Source: Spizellomyces punctatus DAOM BR117
Lineage: Eukaryota
Length of the DNA stretch: 19,564 nucleotides
Reading direction: 5' to 3' (one strand)
NCBI GenBank assembly: GCA_000182565.2
Contig: KQ257451.1
Part shown: positions 1-8,764 of the stretch, one piece after another
Layout: each line of letters starts with the position of its first letter
Numbering within the stretch: position 1 is the first letter of the stretch
The notes under the pieces: model-generated
Database searches by the model: none
Told to the model about the DNA's origin: nothing
Seen by the model: only the letters and a program-made list of their open reading frames with translations
Position numbers and translations under genes: made by a program

Positions 1-392
1 AGTCTAGCATCAGCGTGAACAAGCCAAAGAATTATGGCTAGCACGACAGCACGGCTCAAAGCTACTCTAGAAAGTAACTTAAAACCTGTTCATATGGGCT
101 GCATGATGCTTTTGTTCAAAGCAGCCATGCAACCTCGAGGTGGGGCACCACGCCATAGTCACCTGCGCGCGGGCTGAGACTTACAAACTGGACACTTTGG
201 GGACCCAACAAGCCCCGCCTCCTCGGTCTGCGTTGCTCATCAGGCACTTGTTTAGAGGCGGTGGGGTTGGAAGTGGAAAAAAAAAAAAAGAATGGTCGAT
301 GGGGATCGTCAAAAGAAAAAAGAAGAGCCCGTGATCTTGGCCCTAGAAACAACATTTGGCCGTGATCAAATGTCCAAAACTGAAAAGTGTTT

Positions 393-409
393 CCCCCCCC
401 CCCCCCCCC
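393..409. repeat. Poly-C homopolymer (C17; G17 on the minus strand)
   Basis: 17 consecutive C at 393-409 in non-coding sequence. An A13 run lies nearby at 277-289. Confidence 0.9.
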
Positions 410-900
410 ACTTTGTCCAGGTCAGGTTGGAGGAGGGGAAACCCCAAATCACGCGACAGGGGCAAGTAGGAGGGAGAAGGAGTGTCAAGCTATCACAACT
501 ATTGCCAAATTCCAATAAACTCTCCAACTGCCATCTTTCAGCTGCCAAAAGCAGTTCTTTGGGAGGCCGTGCAGCCTTCTTTTTGTTCTTCTAATTCCGA
601 TGCAAAGGTGCCAATTGTTTATTTCACACCTCACATAAAAAAAAACATATCATGCATTACAACCACTTGCCCCAAATCAGGGCTTTCATAACAGGAAGGA
701 AATTACGTTTTTCATGTGTCTGAAGTGTGAGCGCGTGACATGCGGGGACCATCCCTTGACTCGTGCCCGCATCGAGATCATCGTATTTTCTTGCAAGGTA
801 TTTTATTTTCCTGGTTTTTATTCGCTCCCCACCACCGGCAACCCTACTGCATAGTCTTACATTTGCAATCGGAAGTAATGGTCAAGACGAACGGATTTTT

Positions 901-1073
901 GTAAGTTGACAAAGACTGATCCCTGCAGAGTGTGTTGTGCATTGTTTCTTTAAAAAAGAGGCCGGCACAAGTAAGCGTTAAAAGTTTGGAGGGTTAAAGA
1001 CGCAAAAAAAAAGAAAAGGTTTTAAACCAAATCTAACTCGTTTCTTTTTCAATCTTCTGTTCTTCTTCTGCAG
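901..1073 (+). other. Candidate 5'-UTR intron of the alpha/beta hydrolase gene
   Basis: Consensus donor GTAAGT at 901, branch-point CTAAC at 1033-1037, a long pyrimidine tract at about 1038-1069 and acceptor CTGCAG ending at 1073. All lie upstream of ATG 1298. At 173 nt it is longer than the coding introns in this window. Confidence 0.5.
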
Positions 1074-1110
1074 AGTTAAACTTTCGGCATAAAATTTATT
1101 AAACGACAAC

Positions 1111-1151
1111 CTTCTAGCTAGCAGCTCTTTAGCTAGCTACTCTTTAGCTAG
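1111..1151 (+). repeat. Short degenerate tandem repeat (three copies of a 14-15 nt unit ending TAGCTAG)
   Basis: cttctagctag at 1111-1121; ctctttagctag at 1125-1136 and again at 1140-1151. Confidence 0.75.
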
Positions 1152-1297
1152 TAACTCAAAGCCTACGATCGCGACAAGCATATCCCTTCAATCTAATCTC
1201 ATCTCGGACAAAGGCTTTGCATCCATCTGTATACGATACCAACAGCAGAAGAAGTTTTATTATCTCGAATAGTTTTTTTTGCTTCTTTCAAGCATAC

Positions 1298-3641
1298 ATG
1301 TCACTTTCCTGCGTGGCCGCTTTCGCGTCTCCAGTCATGCCAGAATCGCATAGAAAACTGGACACCTCAAGTTTAGAAAAGTCGGGTACTACCAAATCCG
1401 AACTCGAACGTAAGTCGGGCATATCTATGCTGAATTTCTTTTTCGTAATGACTCAATTCATACTTTACAGTGGTTTCGACCAAAGGCATCCATCCCTCTC
1501 TGCTCTCCAGTCTCACTTGGCCGATTTTGATACCTCTCCGGGCTGCCTCGCTCGCGTATACTGCTGCATCTGAAGTGGTCTATGTATGCGATCTCGGTCG
1601 ACACAACCTGTCAAATACCTGGACCGCCTTGAAAGCATATTATTGTGATCCTGGACATACCCGTCCTACGTGGAACTTGCCCTTCCATTTGGTAAGGGAT
1701 TGTTCAGCCCAGTGCTGTGCGCACTCTGACGGAATCACTAATAATATCCCAAATTTGCAGCTCTTGAAAACAATAAAGTCAAATCTCGAATACCCAGGCC
1801 ACACTCTAAATAAAATGCGAGGTTCGGCAGAATTTTTGTACGAAGTTACCATGCCGTGGAGTGTCCGAATTACACCGTTTCGATTCCACGTCAATCGTCA
1901 GATCCTTTTGGAACCAGAACGACAAGCTGCCCGCCACTCTTCGCTAGACTCGGACTTTGTAATCCCAGAAGAGTGCTCGGGTTCGGATGAATACGAATTG
2001 ACCGGCGAGTGGGTGGAGTGGAAGGATAAGAATGAGAGTGCGAACAAATCCGCGAATAAAGAGGACAAGGTGATCTTGTTCCTGCATGGGGGCGCGTTCC
2101 TCTGCGGAAGTCCAAAAACACACAGAAGTTTGGTATGGCGTATTGCAAAGGAAACTGGTGCCAGAATCTTTGGTAAGTCGTTGAATGTTGATCTATTGAT
2201 GCTTAAATTCCTTGCTAACTAACCGCAATGCTAGTTTTGAATTACCGACTTGCTCCCGAGCATCCATTCCCAGCCGCTATCCATGACGCCTTCGCGGCGT
2301 ATCTTTACTTGACCAATCCAGGTCATCCTGCGTTCTTGAAGCCTGGTGCTTTCTTCTCACCCAACACACCTCTACACCAACCTGTCTCACCACAATCCAT
2401 CGTGGTTATGGGTGACTCGGCAGGCGGGGGATTGTCTGCGGCGTTTCTGGTGTACATGAAGGATTTTCTGAAGGATAAAACTGGCGAAGCAATGTTTGAA
2501 CCGGTCCGGGGTGGCGTGCTTCTTTCGGTAGGTTTGTGGAAGGCAGCTAGTCATCTCGTAATCTTCTTCTGATTCTAACTGCTTTTTGCCGTCGCAGCCT
2601 TGGGTTGAGTTAACATGCAGTACAGAATCATGGGACTCAAACTACTCTACCGATTACCTCCCTGGTCGCCCCAACACCGTCTTTCACAGCATGTTCCCCA
2701 GTGAATCCGAGTCTCCACTAAATCCCGTATACTCTTACCTCTTTGGCCTGGGTGATGCTGGACGCAAACGAACTTTCATCACCCGAAGAAAGCGTCAATG
2801 TGTATGCAAAGCAGAGTCGACCTGCGATTGTGGAGGGGATTTTAAACCGATTGATATGGCAAGGAGAGATTCAGGAATTGATGTAATCTTGGAGACTGAG
2901 GAAACGGAGGATTGCAACCGTCCTCGGAACGTCCTGAACGTGAAGAGACGGTTGGATGAGGAAGAAGTTGTCTTCAGATTGGCCAAGCATCCGCTTGCGT
3001 CTCCTATCTATGCAGACTGTAGTGGCATGCCACCAATCTTGATTGTGAGTATACTGCGTCTTTGCTCCTCATGGCAAAGCATTAACGGTCATTCGGGTAT
3101 CATTAGCAAAGCGGAGATGCCGAGATGCTTCGAGACGAGTCAATGCTCCTTGCCCATCGCTTGGCTCTCGCCAACCCAGACCTGCACGAGCGGGGTTTCA
3201 TGAGACTTGAGCTCTACCGGTAAGCATCAAACATCTGCCTCAACGCTTCATTTTCTCCAATGCGCAAACTAATTTATCGCATCATTGAACAGTGACATGC
3301 CACATGTCTTCCAAGCATTCACTTTCCTTCATAGCGCCCAAACTGCCCTTAAGAACATGTCCGTCTTTATATCCTCACTCTTCAACTCTTCCCAGTACGA
3401 CACGGCACAAGGAAATCATGGCGTCGAGAGCGGAATAGTAGCCGTCGATTCATTCTTGTATCCTCCACCTTATTCACAGACTGCCACGGAGCCTACCATG
3501 GATGTAATGGAAGGTGTGGCGAGCATGAAGGCGAGCATGAAGGTGGTTGGTGCAGCCTTGGGCGGCGCGGTGGTCGAAGATGTACAAGATGCTGAGGGTG
3601 GGTGGCTGGTAGGAGATGGGATGTTGCATCCGTTCCTTTGA
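1298..3641 (+). CDS. Alpha/beta hydrolase of the hormone-sensitive lipase (HSL/GDXG, Abhydrolase_3) family, 671 aa. Exons 1298-1409, 1471-2172, 2235-2527, 2598-3044, 3107-3219, 3293-3641
   Basis: Five GT-AG introns (61, 62, 70, 62, 73 nt) join the ORF fragments in frame, giving 2016 nt. Motifs: oxyanion ILFLHGGAF, LNYRLAPEHPFPAAIHD, nucleophile GDSAGGGL, LLS|PW rebuilt across intron 3, LI|QSGDAEMLRDE (acid residue) and DMPHVFQ (catalytic His). Confidence 0.93.
3518..3541 (+). repeat. Perfect 12-nt tandem duplication in the hydrolase C-terminal tail (ASMK-ASMK)
   Basis: ggcgagcatgaa at 3518-3529 and 3530-3541. Confidence 0.9.
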
Positions 3642-4002
3642 ACGGCCTAGTGTGTCTGCCAGGATTTAACATTATAACTGTCTACTTTTAAAATGCATTG
3701 ATATTATTTTAAATCTTTCGCTGCGTTTTTCGAATAACTATCTCTTGAGCCTGGCCTAACCCTATCTCAAATCCCTTTGCTATTACGTACCAAGAAATGT
3801 GATCCACTACCAGTAAGCTATCGGATATTGACAGCTGCTGTAAAGTCATGAAAAAGAAACTGTCTTTTTGGCTGCTTACTAGTATCATTATCCTGCCTTC
3901 GTGTGAATATTGACTAGTAAATTGCAGCATACATTGCCTGCTCAAGACAAGCCAGTTAACACAGTACTGCTTATCTTCCAGACTCTGTACGAATGACTCG
4001 AA

Positions 4003-4817
4003 TCATCCAGTACATCCACATTCTGCCATCTTTATCTCCAGGTTCTTCCTGGCCTGATCAATTTCCTCAGGCGGTGTACGAACGACAAGTGATGGAATGC
4101 CGGCATACTTGGCAATATACGCGCTCGTTGAAGTGTGCATCAGGCTACGGGCCGCGCATTCAGTGTCCTTTAGAAACCAAGGTAAAATGCAGACGGTGAC
4201 AGAAACGGACCTGGCAAGTGCCGCCCGTGGCCTAGCTCCTACAACAATAAGTGTAGCACACAGATTCCTTGCCTTCACAAAACGAGTCTCTCAGTCATCA
4301 TGAGAAGAATAGCTGATTTTCACTAACTTTAAGAAAACTCACCAGTTTGACAATATGTGATTTCGCGTCCCCAATATCAACAGCAACGACCAACCCTCCG
4401 TTCATGTTCTTTCCTTTCTCTCTAGCCAAGCTCTCCACTACCCTTGTAATTCGCTCTTTGGCTTCGGACCGATCCCGCCAGGACAAATCATAAATTACTT
4501 CTTCCTCATATGTGACATTTTGAGATGTCGGATCAATTTGGATGACCGGTGGACTGTATTCGCCAACGAGCTGAGTATCTTCTGGTGGTGGTGCTGCGTT
4601 TTGGAGTGACTGCTCAGGCCATTGTTACGGGTCAAGTGAGATCTTAACAGAACCCACTTTCGGCTTTGTTGCGCGCGTTGAACACTGTTAGCTGGTCGTT
4701 GGGTTTGAGAAGGTTTGTTATTGTCCATTCCAAAGCGTAATAACTATGGGGCGTTTCATCGTAGCCAAGAAAGATATGTTCGGTAGGATAGTTTGAGGTG
4801 GGCGAGTGTTCTAGCAT
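4003..4817 (-). CDS. Universal stress protein (USP/UspA domain), about 204 aa. Exons 4817-4658, 4593-4343, 4272-4211, 4144-4003. The start could be further upstream (ATG 4970 or 5198)
   Basis: USP-type N-terminus IFLGYDETPHSYYALEWTITNLLKPNDQLTV, then DIGDAKSHIVKL|ARNLCATLIVVGAR and STSAYIAKYAGIPSLVVR. Three GT-AG introns (64, 70, 66 nt) give 615 nt in frame. The intron 1 acceptor was chosen by reading-frame logic and is the least certain boundary. Confidence 0.82.
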
Positions 4818-5878
4818 GGCTTTGCTGGCAAGTTGGTTGTCGCTTAGTGAGAGCGTGGGAAAATACTTGAAATTTTCCCACGCCCAGTTCTCCTTACGTG
4901 AACTGCTTTTAGCGCGTTCTCCGCTCTTCCCCCGTCGTGCTGCACTCTTGAACTCGTTTACAAAAGCCATGGACTTTGACTTCTCTACGCTTGAGTAGCC
5001 TGCATCCACTGCGTTCTGTCCTGCATTTAGGATCGGTACGGCGACTTTAAGCGCCAGCTCAGTTTCTTTTGCATTATTCGCATCGTTACCCTCTCTTTCG
5101 ACTGCAGCACCACCGAAAACCCTTCTCGGCCCAGCTGCAACACTCTGCCGGTGGTGAGCACTCTTTCGTGTGCGTACCCGTTTTCGCCTCACTTGCATTT
5201 ATCCAATATAAACAATCGCATCGGGATGCCTCTCCCGCTTTTGTTGCACGGCTGAACTGCTGCTGGCGTTCGTCCAAAGTGAACATATACCCAAGAAACA
5301 TGGCAGAGCCGAAAACTAACTAACATAAACAAAAGTCACAACCTTTGTCGCGCTTGTTTTTTCCCTTGATAGCATCGCAGGCGTTATTCCTTCCTTCTTT
5401 CACTTTTTTCCATTGTCCAGGGAATGAGAGCGCCCTAGGGTTCCCCACCCGCTTGACCAAATCTTCCATCCACCAATCATTTCATTGAACTGGCCCGCCC
5501 TGCTCGTATCACCGCTCGCTTTCTAAAGACATATAAATAGCACAGTTGCGTGACAGCACCAAAGCAAGGGTTATGAATATGCCCTATTCAAAAACAGATA
5601 TTGCTGCGGATCTTTTCCCGCTTGACAACGCCAGGGCTCACAGACGCAAAGCACGCCACTGTACAGTTCAAGAAGATTGGTCGAGAATCGCTCAACGTTT
5701 TGAGGGATATTCGGTCATCATGCGCCTATTATTCAGGATGCAGGCTCTGTTATTGAAAGCATATGCATTATTTCCCCGACACATAAATGAGCTCCGTTCT
5801 TCCATTTCCCCCCGAACCAACAATCTTTTCAGAAAAAGCAGTCACCACTTACCCAAAGCCAAATCACCTTTGAAAAGA

Positions 5879-7461
5879 ATGTCCCAGCACGACATTGATC
5901 CAGCAATCATTGCAGCCTACTTGGATAGTCTCAAAGATCCAAAAACCAGAGCAGGCTACGAGAAACTTCTCAACGATCCAAAGGTTTCGGTAAACCTATG
6001 GGAAGGACAACTTGTCTTTGGCTCATACACATACGAAAGACCACCCAAACGGAAGCCGGATCCCAGCTGGGACGATGACAATGAGAACTTGTCTGACGCA
6101 AGCGCAGGATCCTCCTCCTCCTCCAAAGGAAGCTCCTCGTCAAAGCATTGGCAGGATATCATCAAAAAGCCCGCACTGAGTTCCACCGATCGCATGCGTA
6201 TTCGAAAGAAACTGCGATTCCACGCTGGTGCCGTCGAAGACGATGAGATGTGGAACCATTTTCATGATGACGGGTGTGGTATAACCCAAATAACTGATTT
6301 CATATACGTATCTGGGTAAGCAGATCAAAAGCGCTGAACAGTTTTAAACACCATGGTACATGGGTTCTTTGCTTACCATGGTTCATTCCAATAGACTGCA
6401 GCCAGTTGATCACTGTCGTTGCACCATTGATGCCCTCGGAATCATCCATTGCATCTCTATTGGCAACGATAAGGGCAAAGAGCAGCTCCCGGGCATCGAC
6501 ACTCTGCTCGTTGACGTAGGCGATTCAGCAAAAGAAGATATTATCACGTACTTTGACGCCTGTTTTGAACATATTGAAAAGGCACGGAAAGCAAAGGGGA
6601 AAATCCTTGTTTGTGACCTCTTTGGTAGAAGCCCTGCACCCGTTGTCATTTGCGCATACCTGATGAAGAAAACCAAATGCTCTCCCCGGAAGGCGTTTTA
6701 CTACGTATTTCAGAAAAAAAAGGATTTCAAGTAAGCATATTTGTAACAACTGCTCCAGAGATATTTATCAAGCTTACCTTTGTCAACAATGCAGACCCAA
6801 TCCCGCCTTCTGGGAGCAGTTGTGCCTGTACTCAATCATGAACCACTCCATCACCACAGCCACAGGCGAAAAGAAATCAATCTACCGTCGGTATCATTCG
6901 GCCCGCAAGCTAATCTGGGTGCATCTTAAGGATAAATGGTACCTGCAAGGATCACGGAGGAGGTTTCCGAACCTCAGTGACGACTGGCTTTTGAACCTCC
7001 GGTATCCAAAAGGGCATACTTGGAATTACCGACATTACGTATTCCAAGAGCTTGAGGCAGACGATTTCGGCAAACTCGACAATCCACTTGACGCCCATTA
7101 TGCTTGCAAGGATTGTTCGACCCCTCTCTTTGCTGAAAATAATCTGATGCCTTCATTCCATTTATATGAGCACCTACCGTTATATACCACAGCCCCATTG
7201 CTGGGTCGCCGAGGTCAACACCTTCTCGGCATATGTGCAGCACCAGACGCACAACCAGACAGCGGCCCGTACTTTATTGAACCGATGGACTGGATAGTGG
7301 TGCAAGTCCAGGACCGAAAAGCCCATCGCGGCGATATCCGCTGTCCGGGATGTAAGGTCAAACTAGGATCCTGGAACGCACATGAGGTGCTTGAGAATGG
7401 GGATGTGATGCTGGGAGCTTTCAAGGTGGAGAGGGACAAGGTTGTTTTGGGTGGGGATTAA
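5879..7461 (+). CDS. Yvh1/DUSP12-like dual-specificity phosphatase-fold protein with a C-terminal zinc-binding domain, predicted catalytically inactive, 479 aa. Exons 5879-6315, 6395-6730, 6795-7461
   Basis: DSP fold landmarks: ITQITDFIYVSG, LGIIHCISI, VDVGDSAKEDIITYFDACFEHI, KILV...VICAYLMK and FK|PNPAFWEQLCLY. Yvh1-type C-terminal domain: YACKDC, YFIEPMDW, GDIRCPGCKVKLGSWN, AFKV. Introns of 79 and 64 nt (GTAAGC..AG) give 1440 nt. The frame is open upstream with ATGs at 5573/5579, so the start is uncertain. Confidence 0.87.
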
Positions 7462-8764
7462 GTCGGGGGGATAAGCCGAAGGAATATGGTGCTGACACTG
7501 AATAGTCAGCATTCGTAGTTGCCTAGGCTGTTTCCAGTAACATAATATATTATGGCATTCCTTTATTCAAAAGATATCATTTACTTATCAGAGCTCTACC
7601 TTCAACCATTTTAAGGCTGTACAATAGATGGAAGCCGCCGTAAACAGTTGATACACGTTTTCCCCGCTACAATTTTTTTTTACTCGCCAAACAGCTTATT
7701 GTGCACAGCGAGATATGGTTAACCATTGAGCAAACCGCCGCCCTGTTCACTACCATCTTGCAAGTTAGGCGAGATGCCGATATGGCTTCCTAACCTGTTC
7801 CGTAGCCGTATTCCACGGCGTTATAAAACCCAACTCGCAAAATGTTTCCAACTGCACACTATGCAACTCCTTATCGTCGTCTTGAACATATCACTGTTCA
7901 TCGACACGTTCCTAGAGAAAACAACACTAACCTCAAATATTATCTAGTCACTCACACGCTTACTGCGTATTTGATAAGTTCAATTTAGCGAGAGGGAGGT
8001 ATCCGCTCTGCAAACAAGTTTCCCTCCTCATCGCAGTTTACAAGTTCCGTAAGTCGTTTACATGTAAGTTTCTCCCTACTCGCAGCAATTGTTATTTTGT
8101 TGTTTGTGCATTGGAACGTTAGGCGTACAGTTTCTTGTCGGGTGGGTGTTCCAACGCGCTTGCGCTCGCGCGTTTAAAAGCTGCGCGACAACCCGATCTT
8201 GCATGCTGTTGTGCGTCGTAGCAGACGACACTCGGCAATAAAAACGTATAGACAAGCAACACACGAGATTCGCTAGTAAGAACACTTTATAAAAGCGTTT
8301 AGATCCGCCAATGAATCAAGGGGGAAATGCTCAATCAACCCCTTGGATCATCTGATTTAACACCTCAATTGGCTTCGGTTTTACTTGGTAACTGTTGCCT
8401 TGTTCCAGTAAACGTTTCCTTTGGTTTTCGGTATCTGTATGCATTCACATGCAATGCAATATGTTTAGTGCCTGGATACCAGCCATTATATTGGTAATCG
8501 ACAGAATTCCTGTTTTACAAAGAGAATGTTGGGATACAGTTCCAAGATCCGCAGCCTATGAACCCTTCTTATTTGAAGGCATTTTGGATGCCAGGGTGAT
8601 CAAAAAATCATATCCCCCCAAAAAAATAATAACAAAAAAAAATATTGATATATTGAAACAATGCCGACATTTTCTAAACACGATCATACAATATCCATCA
8701 TATTGCAGTAAGCAAGCTACACTAGTCACTTCAAAAGCCAACCATACGAGTCTTCCCCAAAACT

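Noticed and set aside
116-691. Short overlapping ORFs at the left edge
   Set aside because: Their translations are dominated by homopolymer runs (A13, C17). They show no recognisable motifs and I could not build a consistent splice model.
3755-3765. CTAACCCTA, resembling a telomere repeat or telomerase template
   Set aside because: A single 1.5-unit match in the 3' region between convergent genes, with no array or supporting RNA structure. This is expected by chance.
6350-6382. 9-bp inverted repeat accatggta/taccatggt in intron 1 of the phosphatase-like gene
   Set aside because: It is short and built on a self-palindromic ccatgg, with no evidence of function.
7821-8031. Possible spliced ~52-aa minus-strand ORF (MRRETCLQ...) using a 52-nt GTAAGC..CTCTAG intron
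   Set aside because: The intron is shorter than all supported introns here, the branch point is unclear and the product has no recognisable features.
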